From an uncultured Gemmatimonadales bacterium (GTDB lineage: Bacteria; Gemmatimonadota; Gemmatimonadetes; Longimicrobiales; RSA9): a stretch of 64,000 nt of DNA. Positions 42,227 through 56,290 of the stretch are shown here, piece by piece (within the stretch, counting starts at the first letter, position 1; the number at the start of each line of letters is the position of its first letter). A model generated the notes under the pieces. That model did not search any database and was not told where the DNA came from. It saw nothing but the letters and a program-made list of their open reading frames with translations. The position numbers and the translations under genes are program-made. Where the stretch lies: NCBI GenBank assembly GCA_963816355.1, contig CAWFKH010000003.1, positions 1 to 64,000 on the forward strand, written 5' to 3'.

Positions 42227-43242
42227 GCGCGCGCGGTCCGCGGCCGCGCGGCGCCCCCGCCTCCGCCCCGCGTGGGCGCCGCCGCCTCTCGCCGCTCGTC
42301 GCGCTCGCCCTCCTCGTGCCGCCGGTCTACGCGTGCCGCGGCGAGGGCTCCGCCGGCGGCGCCCCGGCGGAGGCGAGCGCGGCCGACTCGGCGCATGTCG
42401 CGCAGGCCGCGCGGAGCGCCTCGGCCCCGGCCCCGGCGCCGGTGCCGCTGGACGGTGCGGCGTTCCGCGATCCACAGGCCGTCCTCTACGACGCCGACCT
42501 CGACGTCTACTTCGTCAGCAACCGCAACGGCGCCGCGGACTCGGCGGACGACGACGGCTTCATCAGCCGCGTCCGCCCGGACGGAATGGTCGACTCGCTC
42601 CGCTTCATCGTCGGCGGCCGGCACGGCGCGAAGCTGGACGCGCCGCGCGGGATGGCGATCGCGGGAAACACGCTGTGGGTGGCGGACATCACCTGGATCC
42701 GCGGCTTCGACAAGCGCACGGGCCGCGTGCTCGCGAGCTTCGATCTGCGGCCGCAGGGCGCCCGCTCGCTCGCCGGAATGGCCGTTGCCGCGGACGGCGC
42801 TCTCTACATCTCGGACGCGCGCGCGGGGCGCCTGATCCGGCTCGCGCCGACGCTCGGCCGTGGCGTCGCCTTTGCCGGCGGCGGCCTGGGCGTGCCGGAC
42901 GGCCTGCTCTGGGACCCCGGCCGCGGGAAGCTGCTCGTCGCCTCGCGCGACCGTCCCGACATCCTCGCCTTTACGCCGGGCGACTCCGCCGTATCCGTCG
43001 CCGCGCGCGGGCCCGCCTCGGCCGGCGGCTTCGTTGGCCTCGCGCGGCTCGACGACGGGCGCATCGTCGCTGCGAGCTCAGGCGGCGGGCTGTACCTGCT
43101 CGGCGCGGACGGCCGTCTCACCCGCGTCTACGCCGGAGCCGGCGTCGCCGAGCTCGGCGCGGACACGAAGCGGGGCCGCCTTCTGCTGCCGGTCCCCGGC
43201 GAGAACCGCGTGCGCATCCTGGAGATGCCGAAGACGCCCTGA
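42223..43242 (+). CDS. SMP-30/gluconolactonase-like beta-propeller, probable lipoprotein
   Basis: Hydrophobic leader ending VYAC; YFVSN, DGFISRV, PRGMAI, PDGL; TTG start inferred. Confidence 0.7.
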   Translation: MSARGPRPRGAPASAPRGRRRLSPLVALALLVPPVYACRGEGSAGGAPAEASAADSAHVAQAARSASAPAPAPVPLDGAAFRDPQAVLYDADLDVYFVSNRNGAADSADDDGFISRVRPDGMVDSLRFIVGGRHGAKLDAPRGMAIAGNTLWVADITWIRGFDKRTGRVLASFDLRPQGARSLAGMAVAADGALYISDARAGRLIRLAPTLGRGVAFAGGGLGVPDGLLWDPGRGKLLVASRDRPDILAFTPGDSAVSVAARGPASAGGFVGLARLDDGRIVAASSGGGLYLLGADGRLTRVYAGAGVAELGADTKRGRLLLPVPGENRVRILEMPKTP

Positions 43243-43322
43243 CCGGAGCGGCCTCGAGGCCCCCTCCACGGATCCGGCGGCGCCGTGGCCGCGCGTCGCC
43301 GAACAGCGGGAAGGAATCGATC

Positions 43323-44162
43323 ATGGCCGAAACGCTCCGCCTCATGGGAATTCTCGCTCATCCGGACGACGAATCGCTCGGCGCCGGCGGCACCTTCGCG
43401 AAGTACGCGGACGAAGGCGTCGAAACCTACCTCGTCACCGCGACGCTGGGCCAGCGCGGCCGCTATTTCGACGACAGCGACCGTCCCGACGACGCCGAGG
43501 TCGGCCGCGTCCGAGAGGCCGAGCTGCGGCGTGCGGCCGCGGTCCTCGGCATCCGCGAGGTGTGCCCGCTCGGCTACATGGACGGCTCGCTCGACCGCGT
43601 GGACACGCGAGAAGCGGTCGGCCGCATCGCCGCCCACATCCGCCGCATCCGTCCGCAGGTCGTCCTCACCTTCGACCCGTTCGGCGCCTACGGCCACCCG
43701 GACCACATCGCGGTGTCACAGCTCGCGGGCGCCGCGATCGTCGCCGCCGCCGCCCCGGACGGCGAGCGAGCGCGGCCGCCGGGTGGCGGTGCGGCCGCGG
43801 CCGAAGCGCGACCGCCGCACGCGGTCGCGAAGCTCTACTACATGGCGTGGGGGCCGGAGGCGTGGGCGGCGTACCAGGAGGCGTTCAAGACGCTCGTCAG
43901 CCGCGTGGACGGGGAGGCGCGGCAGGCGTCGCCGTGGCCGGAGTGGTCGATCACGACGCGCGTGGACGCGCGCGCTCACTGGGACACCGTATGGCGCGCG
44001 GTCCGGTGTCACGAGACCCAGATGGCGATCTACCGTCGCCTCGGCGAGCTGACGCCGCGCCACCACGAGGGGCTCTGGGGCGACCAGACCTACTACCGCG
44101 TCTTCAGCACCGTGAACGGCGGGCGGGAAAGGGAGAGCGACCTCTTCGCCGGGCTCCGCTGA
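43323..44162 (+). CDS. PIG-L/LmbE family deacetylase
   Basis: AHPDDE, YGHPDH, HETQ. Confidence 0.9.
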   Translation: MAETLRLMGILAHPDDESLGAGGTFAKYADEGVETYLVTATLGQRGRYFDDSDRPDDAEVGRVREAELRRAAAVLGIREVCPLGYMDGSLDRVDTREAVGRIAAHIRRIRPQVVLTFDPFGAYGHPDHIAVSQLAGAAIVAAAAPDGERARPPGGGAAAAEARPPHAVAKLYYMAWGPEAWAAYQEAFKTLVSRVDGEARQASPWPEWSITTRVDARAHWDTVWRAVRCHETQMAIYRRLGELTPRHHEGLWGDQTYYRVFSTVNGGRERESDLFAGLR

Positions 44163-44172
44163 GGGGAAGGTC

Positions 44173-45402
44173 TCAGCGCGCCAGCTCCCGCAGACGCCGC
44201 CCCGCCTCCTCCAGCGTCTGCAGCCGCTTGCAGAAGGCAAAGCGAACGAGCCGGCGCCCGTCCCCTGGATCGTGGAAGAAGCTCGATCCCGGTACGGGCG
44301 CGACGCCGCCCTCCATGCGACCGTCGGCGCCCGCCGCGAGCCAGCGCGAGAAGGCGACGTCGTCCAGGTCGCTGAGCGCCGAGAAGTCCGCCATGACGTA
44401 GTACGCGCCCTGCGGCGCGTCGCAGCGGAAGCCGGCGGCCTGCAGCGCGGGGACGAGCGCGTCGCGACGGGCGCGGTAGTCGTCGGCGAGCCGGCCGTAG
44501 TACGCCTCGCCGATCCCCTCGAGCGCCGCGGCGCACGCCTCCTGCAGCGGCGCGGGGGCGCCCACCGTCAGGAAGTCGTGCACCTTGCGGATCGCGCCGG
44601 TCAGCGCCGCGGGCGCCACGATCCAGCCGACGCGCCAGCCGGTCACGCTGTACGTCTTCGACGCGCCGCTGATCGTGACCGTGCGATCCCGCATGCCGTC
44701 CAGCGTCGCGAGCGGGATGTGGGCGCCGTCGTAGAGGATGTGCTCGTAGATCTCGTCCGTCACGGCGATCGCGTCGTGGCGCCGGCACAGCCCCGCCACC
44801 GTCTCCAGCTCGTCGCGCGTGAACACCCGGCCGGAAGGGTTGTTCGGCGTGTTGAGCACGATCGCGCGCGTGCGCGACGAGAACGCCGCCGCCAGGCGAT
44901 CGAGGTCCGGCCCCGTCCGCGGATCGAGCGGCACGTACACCGGCTTCGCGCCGCACAGCACGGCGTCGGGGCCGTAGTTCTCGTAGAACGGCTCGAAGAC
45001 GATCACCTCGTCGCCCGGATCGACGATCGCGAGCAGCGCGGACGCCATCGCCTCCGTCGCGCCGCACGCCACGGTGATCTCGCGCTCCGGATCCACGTCC
45101 ATGCCGTACCCGCGCGCGTAGCTCGCGGCGAGCGCTCGCCGCAGCCGCGGCGCGCCCCACGTCACGGCGTACTGGTTGACGTCGCCGCGGATCGCCTCGC
45201 ACGCGGCTTCCTTGAGCAGGTCCGGGGCGGGGAAGTCCGGGAATCCCTGGGCGAGGTTGATCGCGCCGTGCTCGGCGGCCACGCGCGTCATCTCGCGGAT
45301 CACCGACTCCGTGAACGTCTCCGTCCGCCGCGCCACGCGTGCGGCGCGCGCGGAGGTCGGCGCGTGCGCGGCAGCGGTCGACGGCGCGTTCCGATCGCTC
45401 AT
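44173..45402 (-). CDS. PLP-dependent aminotransferase class I/II
   Basis: [34 protein letters not shown]. Confidence 0.92.
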   Translation of the reverse strand: MSDRNAPSTAAAHAPTSARAARVARRTETFTESVIREMTRVAAEHGAINLAQGFPDFPAPDLLKEAACEAIRGDVNQYAVTWGAPRLRRALAASYARGYGMDVDPEREITVACGATEAMASALLAIVDPGDEVIVFEPFYENYGPDAVLCGAKPVYVPLDPRTGPDLDRLAAAFSSRTRAIVLNTPNNPSGRVFTRDELETVAGLCRRHDAIAVTDEIYEHILYDGAHIPLATLDGMRDRTVTISGASKTYSVTGWRVGWIVAPAALTGAIRKVHDFLTVGAPAPLQEACAAALEGIGEAYYGRLADDYRARRDALVPALQAAGFRCDAPQGAYYVMADFSALSDLDDVAFSRWLAAGADGRMEGGVAPVPGSSFFHDPGDGRRLVRFAFCKRLQTLEEAGRRLRELAR

Positions 45403-45479
45403 CGTCGCGCCTCCTCGTGCTGTTGTCCGGTGCCTGTCGCGCCCCGCTCCTCACGCCGGCGGGGCCGCAGCGCGGACGA

Positions 45480-46727
45480 TCACGCCTGCGGCCCTTGCCC
45501 GTCCGCGTCCGGGTGCAGCCCATCCGCGGCGCGGCGGGCTGGGATCGTGAAGGCGAAGACCGTCTCGCCGGAGTCGGGGAACTCCGCCCATACGCGGCCG
45601 CCCGCCGTCGTCAACGCGTCGCGGACGAGCGAGAGCCCCAGTCCGCTCCCCTCGGCGGTGCCGACCCGATCGCCGCGGAAGAAGCGCTCGAAGATACGCT
45701 CCCGCTGCGCCGGCGGCACGCCGCGCCCGTTGTCCGCCACCTCGACGGTGATGCTGCGGCCGGCCGGGGACGAGCCGGCCGCGGCGACGCGGATCTCCAC
45801 CCAGCGATCCTCGCGCGACGGGTCGTGGTACTTGATCGCGTTCGAGAGCAGGTTCGTGATCACCAGCTCGATCAGGGAGGCCTTCACCTCGACTTCCGGC
45901 AGCTCACCGGCGACGCGAACCTGCACGCCGGCGGCCGACGCCATCTCGCGGAGCCGCCGCACGCTCTCCTCGATCGCGTGGCGCAGGTGCACGTTGCGGT
46001 GCGAGCGCGTGTCGCGGTCCGTGCGCGACAGCTCGATCAGATCGTCCACCAGGCGGCGCATCCGCTCCGCGTTCTCGGCGATCATCCGGACGAAGCGCTC
46101 GCGCTCCTCGGGCACCGCGACCACGAACTCCTCCGACAGCATGTGCGCGGCGCCGAGGATCGCGCCGATCTCGTTCCGGACCTCGTGCGACAGGGCGCGG
46201 TTGAAGCTGCGCAGCCGGTCCTCCCGCTCTCCGATCACCCGTTCGGCGTGATCGAGGAATTCCGTCATCGTCTCGCGCTGGACGACCGCCACCGCGTGGA
46301 ACAGGCGGTCGGCCGCTTCGGTCAAGTGGGGCGCGCTGTCGACGTGCTCCTCCGCGTGAGCGCCGAGCGCCTGGAAGAGGACCGCGCCGAGGATCTCGTA
46401 CTCCCACAGGATCTGCCGCGCGTCGAACCCCTGCTCGTGACGCATCCGCCCCAGCTCCCGCGCCTTCGACACCACCGGCGTGTCGGCGGCGAGCTCGTTG
46501 CTGTGGTCGGCCACGTAGTCCCCCATCCGCTCGACGAGCATCGGGATGTGGTCGAGCAGGTCCTCGGACGGAAAGACCAGCGCGGGATCGAGCGTGATCC
46601 GATGCGCGATGCGCTCCAGCCAGCGCTGCACCAGGTCCTCGCTGCGCCCGCGCAGGGCGGCGGCGAAGGTCCGCAGCGCGGCGGCCTGGGCGTTCTTCGG
46701 CATCAAGGAATCGGCGTCCGGCGTCAT
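45480..46727 (-). CDS. Soluble sensor histidine kinase with RsbRD_N-like N-terminal domain
   Basis: SHEVRN H-box, [20 protein letters not shown]; no TM segment; LLDHIP...[10 protein letters not shown] sensor region. Confidence 0.85.
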   Translation of the reverse strand: MTPDADSLMPKNAQAAALRTFAAALRGRSEDLVQRWLERIAHRITLDPALVFPSEDLLDHIPMLVERMGDYVADHSNELAADTPVVSKARELGRMRHEQGFDARQILWEYEILGAVLFQALGAHAEEHVDSAPHLTEAADRLFHAVAVVQRETMTEFLDHAERVIGEREDRLRSFNRALSHEVRNEIGAILGAAHMLSEEFVVAVPEERERFVRMIAENAERMRRLVDDLIELSRTDRDTRSHRNVHLRHAIEESVRRLREMASAAGVQVRVAGELPEVEVKASLIELVITNLLSNAIKYHDPSREDRWVEIRVAAAGSSPAGRSITVEVADNGRGVPPAQRERIFERFFRGDRVGTAEGSGLGLSLVRDALTTAGGRVWAEFPDSGETVFAFTIPARRAADGLHPDADGQGPQA

Positions 46728-46901
46728 CGCTCTCCCGGGGCGCGCTTCGCTTCCGTCGCGAACGTGGTTCACGCGGCGTCGTTTCGAGCGCTTTGCAGGA
46801 GTCGGGCCAGCGGCGGGAGCGCGCGGTTTTGCATCTGCCGCGCGAGGGCGCATCTTGAGTCCCTGGGCAGCATCGCCGAACCCGCAACGGAACGAACCGC
46901 C

Positions 46902-49643
<2,742 letters not shown>

Positions 49644-49831
49644 GCCGCGCGGCGGGATGCGTCCTCTCCGCGGGACGCCGGTGTGACCTTTCGAGGGGGC
49701 GGCGCGGCCGATCCTGGCGCCGCCATCGTCGCTACAACGTGTTACGTGACAACGACTTGTGTCGTGCATCCCCCGCCGGCACGGATCCGGCCTCCTCCAT
49801 CCGCGAAACACCATCTCAGAAGGAGGCCCCG

Positions 49832-50428
49832 ATGCTCAAGCCTGGACTCCCGTTTTCCGCGGCGCTGCTGCTCGGCGCCCTCGCGATCCCCGCCGCCCTC
49901 GCCGTGCCCGCCCCGGCGTCGGCTCAGATCTTCTCGCGCGGAAGCCGCGACGACCGCGCGGCCTGCGAGAGCCGCTACCGCCGCAGCGCGATCCGCCTGC
50001 GCGCCCAGGAGCGGCAGTGGTCGCTCCGGCACGCCCGCGCCCGCGGCGCCGAGAACCGCGCCGCCCGGCAGCGTTTCCGCGCCGCCGAGCTGCGGCTGCG
50101 ACGGGACTACTCCCGCTGCGTGGCGCGCGTCGCTCGACGGGGCGGCCGCAACGACCGGAACGGGCGCTACGACCGGAACGGGCGCTACGACGGCTCGCGC
50201 GACCGTCCGGACCGCTACGGCCGGAATGGCCGCTACGACGCGCGTTCGCGACCGGGCGAGGCGCGGCTGGAGAGCCGGTCGGGGCGCGTGGAGCGGAGAG
50301 AGGACCGCGTCGAGCGGCGGCGCGACGAGCGCGGCGGGCGTGACGACGGCGGGAAAGTGGAGGGTCGGCGCGACGGCCGGGGCGGCGGGGATGCGCGTCA
50401 GGGCGATCGTGGGGACGACCGCCGCTGA
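49832..50428 (+). CDS. Secreted Arg/Asp/Gly-rich hypothetical protein
   Basis: AAGGAGG RBS, signal peptide ending ASA, two Cys, DRNGRY repeats. Confidence 0.65.
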   Translation: MLKPGLPFSAALLLGALAIPAALAVPAPASAQIFSRGSRDDRAACESRYRRSAIRLRAQERQWSLRHARARGAENRAARQRFRAAELRLRRDYSRCVARVARRGGRNDRNGRYDRNGRYDGSRDRPDRYGRNGRYDARSRPGEARLESRSGRVERREDRVERRRDERGGRDDGGKVEGRRDGRGGGDARQGDRGDDRR

Positions 50429-50449
50429 CGCGTCACCCGCGCGGCGGGA

Positions 50450-51475
50450 TTACGACGTCGCGGCAGCGCGGCCGTTGCCGGAAGCCTTCCCGGCGACCGC
50501 TTCGGCCGCGTCCGCGGCGGCCTGGGCGGCGGATGCGGCGCGCCGGCCGGCGGAGTCGCGCGCGTGCGCGGCGGCGGCGGAGGCGCGGTGTGCGGCGGCG
50601 GAGGCCCGGGCGGCGGCGGCGGACGCGCAAGCGGCGGCGGACGCGGCGTGCTCGCGCGCGGTGCTGGCGGCGCGGCCGGCGCTCTCGCTGGCGCTCGAGT
50701 AGTAGCGTGCGGCGAAGTCGCGGGCGTTGAGGGTGCGGGCGTAGACGACGCGCGCGAGCTTCGTCATCGTGAGGAGCTTGATGTAGATCCAGCCGATGTC
50801 GAACTCGTACCAGCGGGCGCGGAACTTGGCGGATCGGGGATCGGCGTGGTGGTTGTTGTGGAGCTCCTCGCCGCCGATGAAGATGCCGATCGGCAGGATG
50901 TTACGGCTCTCGTCCTTGGTGGCGAAGTTGCGGTAGCCGAGCGCGTGGCCGATGCCGTTGACGATGTTGCCGAAGATCGGCAGCCATACGGTCATCGCGC
51001 TCCACACGAGCAGCCCGATCCACGGCCCGAACAGAAGGAAGTCCAGGACGAACATGATCGCGAGGCCGAGCCACGAGTACCGCGAGTAGAGGTGGCGCTC
51101 GACGGCGTCGTCGGGACACCCCTTGCCGTACTTCTCGAGCATCTCCTCGTCCTTGACGGCGCGGCGGTAGAAGAAGACGCCGCCGAGGACGATCTCCCAC
51201 AGCCCCTCGACCGCCGGCGAATGCGGATCCCCTTCGCGATCCGAGAAGGCGTGGTGCTTCCGGTGGACGGCGACCCACTCGCGGGTCTTCATGCCGGTGG
51301 TCAGCCACAGCCAGAACCGGAAGAAGTGCTCGGCGATCGGGTGGTAGCGGACGCCGCCGTGCGTCGCTCCGCGGTGCAGATAGAGCGTCGTCGCCGTATT
51401 CGATATATGGCCGACGACCGCCACCCACAGCAGCGGCACCCACCACGGATGCGCGAGAAATCCCGGTTCGGGCAT
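50450..51475 (-). CDS. Membrane fatty acid (delta-9-like) desaturase
   Basis: His boxes HRGATH, HRKHH, HNNHH; Ala-rich tail. Confidence 0.92.
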   Translation of the reverse strand: MPEPGFLAHPWWVPLLWVAVVGHISNTATTLYLHRGATHGGVRYHPIAEHFFRFWLWLTTGMKTREWVAVHRKHHAFSDREGDPHSPAVEGLWEIVLGGVFFYRRAVKDEEMLEKYGKGCPDDAVERHLYSRYSWLGLAIMFVLDFLLFGPWIGLLVWSAMTVWLPIFGNIVNGIGHALGYRNFATKDESRNILPIGIFIGGEELHNNHHADPRSAKFRARWYEFDIGWIYIKLLTMTKLARVVYARTLNARDFAARYYSSASESAGRAASTAREHAASAAACASAAAARASAAAHRASAAAAHARDSAGRRAASAAQAAADAAEAVAGKASGNGRAAATS

Positions 51476-51614
51476 AACCTACTCCTGTCAGCGGGGAAGC
51501 ATCGGAGCCGAGCGAGCGCCGCGGACGACGCGGCGCGTGACGGGACTTAAAGGTCGCCGTTTCCGGAGTATGACGCAAGCCGCAGGCCTCGGTGACGTCC
51601 CCGTCGCTCCTGCC

Positions 51615-52754
51615 TCACCAGCCCTTCGCGGCCACCTCCCAGCGGTCGACCACCGCATCGCCGCGCACCGCGTACAGCACCGGCTGCAGGTTGACCGAGA
51701 CGCACACGTGGTTCGGCACGATGCGGACGCGGTCGCCGACGCGCGGCCGCCAGTCGCCGCCGCGCAGGTCGAGGATGCCGTGTTCCTCCGATGTGGCGCG
51801 GACCACGACTTCCGGCCGGTCGAGCAGCGCTCCAAGCCCGGCCGTGGGGCCCTCGCGGCCGTCCGCCGTGCGGATTCGGGCATCGGTCGGCGCGCGGATC
51901 TCCTCGCGCGAGAGCGCCTTCGATCCCGCGTCCACGACCGCCTGCCCGGGTACCGCGGTGCTGATCACCGTCGCGAGGATCGTGTAGGCGCAATCCTCCC
52001 ACCGACAGGCATCGAGCGCCGCCGTCGTGCGGTCGTTGAAGATGTAGGTGCCGGGGCGGATCTCCGTGACGCCGTGCAGGCGGTGGGACTGGAAGGCCGT
52101 CGGCGTGGAGCCTCCGCTCACGACCTCGGGCTCGAGGCCGGCATCGATCAGCGCGGCGAGGCGTGCGTCGAGATCCTGCTGCAGCCGCGCCAACGCGGGA
52201 CCCTGCGCCGCCACCAGCTCGCGGATGTGCCCGGGGTAGAACAGCACGCCGCGAAACCGGAGCGCATCGAGGCGGCTGGCTTCTCGTGCGAGGCGCACGA
52301 GCGCGGCGGCGTCGGCAACGCCCATGCGGCCCATGCCGACGTCGGCCTCCAGGAGGACGGCCACGTCGCGTCCGGCCGACACGGCCGCGTCCGAGAGCGC
52401 CAGCAGCGCCGCTTCCGAGTCGACCGCCACGCTCACGTCGCGGTCCGCAGGCAGCCGGTGCAGCGCGGCACGGCGGCCGCCGCCGAGCACCGGGTAGGCG
52501 ATCAGGATGTCGTGCGCGACGGTCCCCATCACCTGCGCCTCGGGGCCGGTCGCCACGGTCACGCCCACGGCGCCGCGGCGTAGCTGCTCGCGCGCCAGCA
52601 GCGGGTTCTTGTGGGTCTTCGTGTGGGGGCGCAGCGCCAGCCCGTGCTCCGCGGTGTAGGCGGCCATGCGGTCCAGGTTCGCCGTCATGAGGTCGACGTC
52701 CACGAGCGCAGCCGGCGTGGGCAACGCATCGACGCTGCGCGCGTCCTCACGCAC
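51615..52754 (-). CDS. D-threonine aldolase/D-serine dehydratase-like PLP enzyme (fold III)
   Basis: RPHTKTHK, GGSTPT, EIRPGTY, EEHG, PNHVC. Confidence 0.88.
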   Translation of the reverse strand: MREDARSVDALPTPAALVDVDLMTANLDRMAAYTAEHGLALRPHTKTHKNPLLAREQLRRGAVGVTVATGPEAQVMGTVAHDILIAYPVLGGGRRAALHRLPADRDVSVAVDSEAALLALSDAAVSAGRDVAVLLEADVGMGRMGVADAAALVRLAREASRLDALRFRGVLFYPGHIRELVAAQGPALARLQQDLDARLAALIDAGLEPEVVSGGSTPTAFQSHRLHGVTEIRPGTYIFNDRTTAALDACRWEDCAYTILATVISTAVPGQAVVDAGSKALSREEIRAPTDARIRTADGREGPTAGLGALLDRPEVVVRATSEEHGILDLRGGDWRPRVGDRVRIVPNHVCVSVNLQPVLYAVRGDAVVDRWEVAAKGW

Positions 52755-54363
52755 GGTCCGCTTCCGTCCGGTCCCCGTCCGTCGCTCCGGTCGAGCGCAG
52801 CGCCCCCGCCACGCGCTCCACCAGCGTCCGCGGCGTGAACGGCTTCTCGATCAACCGGGCGCCGGGTGGCAGGACGCCGCGCTCGGCCACTTCCTCGGAG
52901 GTCTGGCCGCTGGTGAAGAGGACCGGCGTGGTGGGACGGAGCACCGCGAGCCGCCGCGCCAGCTCGGGACCTCCCATCAGCGGCATCAGAATGTCCGTCA
53001 CCACGAGGTCGAACACGCCGGCGTGCGACTCCACGATGCGGAGCGCATCCTCCCCGTTCTCCGCTTCCACGACGTGCACGCCGGCGGCCTCCATCGCGCG
53101 GCGCGCGAAGGTCCGGACGCTCGCGTCGTCGTCGACCAGCAGGACGAGGCGGTCGGCGAAATCCGGCAGCGGAAGGGGCGCGGTCGCGTCGCCCGCGTCG
53201 TCGCCTTCGTCCGGCGCCGCAGGGCGTATATCGGTGTCGCGGGGCAGGTAGATCTTGAAGGTGGTGCCCGCACCGGGCTCGCTGTACACCCAGACATGGC
53301 CGCCCGCCTGCTTCACGATCTGGTAGACGGTGCTCAGGCCGAGGCCCGTCCCCTTGCCCTTCTCCTTCGTCGTGAAGAACGGCTCGAAGATCCGCTCGCG
53401 CACCGAAGCGGGCATGCCGACGCCGGTGTCGCTCACGCTCAGGCGGATGTAGCCGGCGGCGTGGGCGCCGGACGGGAGTCGTGCCGCCGTCGTATCCTCG
53501 CGGTCGACGCCGTCGGCGCGAATGTGGATGCGGCCGCCCTCCGGCATCGCGTCGCGCGCGTTCACGACGAGGTTGACGAGCACCTGCTCGAGCAGGCCGC
53601 GGTCTGCGTGCACCGGGAGCGGAGCGTCGGCGAACGAGGTCTCGATCATCACGTCCGCCCCCACCAATCGTTTCAGCATCCGCTCGAGGTCGCGCACCAG
53701 GTCGGTGGCGTCGAGCCGCTGCGGCCGCGCGGTCTGCTTGCGGCTGAAGGTGAGCAGCCGGCGAACGAGGTCGGCGGCGCGGTCGGCGGCGCGAACGACT
53801 TCCTCGAGGTCCGCCCGCAACGCCGCGTCGCCGACCTCCTCGAGCACCATGAGCGTGTAGCCGCGGATCGCCGTGAGGATGTTGTTGAAGTCGTGCGCGA
53901 CGCCGCCGGCGAGGCGGCCCACGGCCTCCATCTTCTGCGCGTGGCGGAGCTGCTCGGCCAGCGAGCGCTCCTGGGTGACGTCGCGGCTGTTGACGATGAT
54001 CCCGCCCACAGCCGGGTCCGCGATCGCGTTCGTCCACGTGCAGTCGAGCAGGCGCCAGGCGCCGTCGCGGTGCCGGAACCGCAGCTCGCCGCGCCGCACC
54101 CGGCCCGCCTTCGCCGCGACCTCCGCCAGGATCGACTCCCGGTGCTCCCGCTCGTCCGGGTGGTACAGCTCCGGCGCCCTGCGGCCGATCAGCTCAGCCG
54201 CGCGGTACCCGAGCACCGGCTCGACCGCGGGGCTCACGTAGCGGATCACGCCGGCATCGTCGACAATCGCCATCATCTCGGTGGCGTGCGCCAGCAGCGC
54301 TACGTAGCGGGCGACGCTATGGCGGAGCGCCTCCGGCGTGGCCACGGTCTGGTCAGCGTCCAC
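52747..54363 (-). CDS. PAS-domain hybrid sensor histidine kinase/response regulator
   Basis: [25 protein letters not shown], receiver VDDD...TDILMP...KPF; GTG start with GGGAGG RBS. Confidence 0.92.
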   Translation of the reverse strand: MDADQTVATPEALRHSVARYVALLAHATEMMAIVDDAGVIRYVSPAVEPVLGYRAAELIGRRAPELYHPDEREHRESILAEVAAKAGRVRRGELRFRHRDGAWRLLDCTWTNAIADPAVGGIIVNSRDVTQERSLAEQLRHAQKMEAVGRLAGGVAHDFNNILTAIRGYTLMVLEEVGDAALRADLEEVVRAADRAADLVRRLLTFSRKQTARPQRLDATDLVRDLERMLKRLVGADVMIETSFADAPLPVHADRGLLEQVLVNLVVNARDAMPEGGRIHIRADGVDREDTTAARLPSGAHAAGYIRLSVSDTGVGMPASVRERIFEPFFTTKEKGKGTGLGLSTVYQIVKQAGGHVWVYSEPGAGTTFKIYLPRDTDIRPAAPDEGDDAGDATAPLPLPDFADRLVLLVDDDASVRTFARRAMEAAGVHVVEAENGEDALRIVESHAGVFDLVVTDILMPLMGGPELARRLAVLRPTTPVLFTSGQTSEEVAERGVLPPGARLIEKPFTPRTLVERVAGALRSTGATDGDRTEADRA

Positions 54364-54609
54364 CGACCTCCCTTCGCGCCCCTCCGGGTCCGGTCCGGCC
54401 AAGATCGATCCTGTCTCGGGTCACGGTGGAGGTGCGCCGCGGCGGTTCGGCGTGCGCTAACGGAAGTGCACAGCGCAAGATATGGCAGAGGTGCCAAGTT
54501 GAGAATCGAGGCGCGACGGCCTTTGCGCAAGGGCAGCGCGGTGGTGCTCCGCCGGTTGCACCCGCCGCCGCCTCTGCGCGATATTGCACCGGCCGGCTCG
54601 ACCGGCATC

Positions 54610-54682
<73 letters not shown>

Positions 54683-54705
54683 CTCGGGACGCGGGCCCTC
54701 CTCCG

Positions 54706-55161
54706 TCAAGCGCCGGCGGCCGCCGAGGTGAGGTCGGAGGTGCAGTGGGCGCAGCGCGTCGCGCCGATCGGGATGCGGAAGCGACAGTAGGGGCACTCCT
54801 TCTCGGTCGGCGCGGCGGGCGCCGACACCTTCGGGCGCCGCAGCCGGTTGTACGAACGCACGAGGAGGAAGACGGTGAACGCGACGATCAGGAAGCTGAT
54901 CAAGTTGTTGATGAAGACGCCGTAGTTGATCGTGGGCGCGCCGGCGGCGGTCGCGTCCGCGAGCGAGGCGTACGGCTGCCCGGAGAGGTTGATGTAGAGC
55001 TCGGAGAAGTCGACGCCGCCGGTCGCCAGCCCGATCGGCGGCATGATCACGTCCTTCACCAGGGAGTTCACCACGGACGTGAAGGCGGCGCCGATCACGA
55101 TCCCGACGGCGAGATCGAAGACGCTGCCGCGCGCAATGAATTCCTTGAATTCCTTGAACAT
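54706..55161 (-). CDS. mscL: Large-conductance mechanosensitive channel with C-terminal zinc ribbon
   Basis: MFKEFKEFIARGSVFDLAVGIVIGAAF; tail CPYC...CAHC. Confidence 0.95.
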   Translation of the reverse strand: MFKEFKEFIARGSVFDLAVGIVIGAAFTSVVNSLVKDVIMPPIGLATGGVDFSELYINLSGQPYASLADATAAGAPTINYGVFINNLISFLIVAFTVFLLVRSYNRLRRPKVSAPAAPTEKECPYCRFRIPIGATRCAHCTSDLTSAAAGA

Positions 55162-55371
55162 GTCGTGCCCCTCCGCGGTAGACCCATGTCGGTGCGACGG
55201 ATGCCACGTACAGGATGCTCCATGTGCGTCGCGACATCAACGTTGTCGTGGCCGCGCTCGCGGTCGCTGTCACGTCCCGCGGCGATCGGGCGTTCGTCGG
55301 AAGAGGGGACGCGCCGCCCTTCGGGCGGTGAGTCGTCGGCCCGCGCGGGCGCGCCGGCGCCTCGCGGGCGC

Positions 55372-55387
55372 GGGCACACGGCTTGCC
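55372..55387 (+). promoter_or_regulatory. Candidate sigma-54 (-24/-12) promoter
   Basis: GGGCACACGGCTTGCC = GGCAC-N5-TTGC upstream of 55535. Confidence 0.5.
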
Positions 55388-55534
55388 AGTATCTCATTGC
55401 CAGGAGAGGGGGCGGAGCCGAGCCGACGTGGGTGCTTCGCCCCCTCTCGGCAGTCCGCCTGCCGACATTCGCCGATCACGGCTGATCCCCGGCGCGTTCG
55501 CCCCGTCCCGGGGACGAGGAGGATAGGAGTCGTT

Positions 55535-55801
55535 ATGTTGTTGTCGTTGGCCGTCGCCCTCACCCTGCTCGCGATGATCTTCCTTCTGGTGCTTCGCTCG
55601 CTGCCCGATGGACGCTCCTGTCCCGCGTGCGGATCGACCCCGCTGCGGAGGAGCACGTTCGGCCCGCCCGGCGGCGTCCGTCGTCGCGCGCTGGCGGGCC
55701 TCGTGGACCGGGGCCACTGCGCCGGCTGCGGCTGGCGCGGCCCGGTGCGGCGCGGGCCGCACGCGCAGCGCGTGCCGCGGAGCCGGGGGAGGATGCCATG
55801 A
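55535..55801 (+). CDS. Small membrane-anchored zinc-ribbon protein
   Basis: AGGAG RBS, N-terminal TM, CPAC...CAGC; ATGA overlap with next gene. Confidence 0.6.
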   Translation: MLLSLAVALTLLAMIFLLVLRSLPDGRSCPACGSTPLRRSTFGPPGGVRRRALAGLVDRGHCAGCGWRGPVRRGPHAQRVPRSRGRMP

Positions 55802-56127
55802 TCACCAACGCCCTCCGTTTCGTGCTGCTCTCCTTCGCCCTCGTGGCGTACGCCGGCGCGGGCGCGTCGGCGGCGGTGATCCGGCAGCGCTGGCTGGCCG
55901 ATGGTGAGACCGACTGGGGGCTGGCGGGGGTCGCCTCGCTGCTGTTCACCTTCGCCGCGCTTTGCACCGCGCTCGGCGCAGGCTGGAGCGGCGTGCTCGC
56001 GTTCGGCGGCGTCGCTCTGTTCACCGCCTATGTCTCGATGGCGCGGCACATCGGCCTCTTCGAGGTGGAAGCGGGCTCCGCGGATGCGCTGGCGCAGCCC
56101 GCCGAAGAGCCCCGCCAGCCGAAGTAG
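55798..56127 (+). CDS. Small hypothetical membrane protein (about three TM helices)
   Basis: GGAGG RBS, hydrophobic helices, coupled to upstream ORF. Confidence 0.65.
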   Translation: MITNALRFVLLSFALVAYAGAGASAAVIRQRWLADGETDWGLAGVASLLFTFAALCTALGAGWSGVLAFGGVALFTAYVSMARHIGLFEVEAGSADALAQPAEEPRQPK

Positions 56128-56290
56128 CCCGCCCTCTCCTCTCGCCGGGACCCGCCCGGCGCCGGCCCGCGCGCCCCCGTCGCAGGTATGCTTCCGCCCG
56201 CCGCGACGGTGGCGTCCGCCCGCGGCCTCCGGTAATTTCCACTTCCCGCGTGCGGGAGACGATCACGTGACAGAGGCGGTGGGCCGCGGC

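Noticed and set aside
56128..56290. T-box riboswitch before glyQS
   Set aside because: Leader is short and lacks the T-box consensus and a U-tailed terminator
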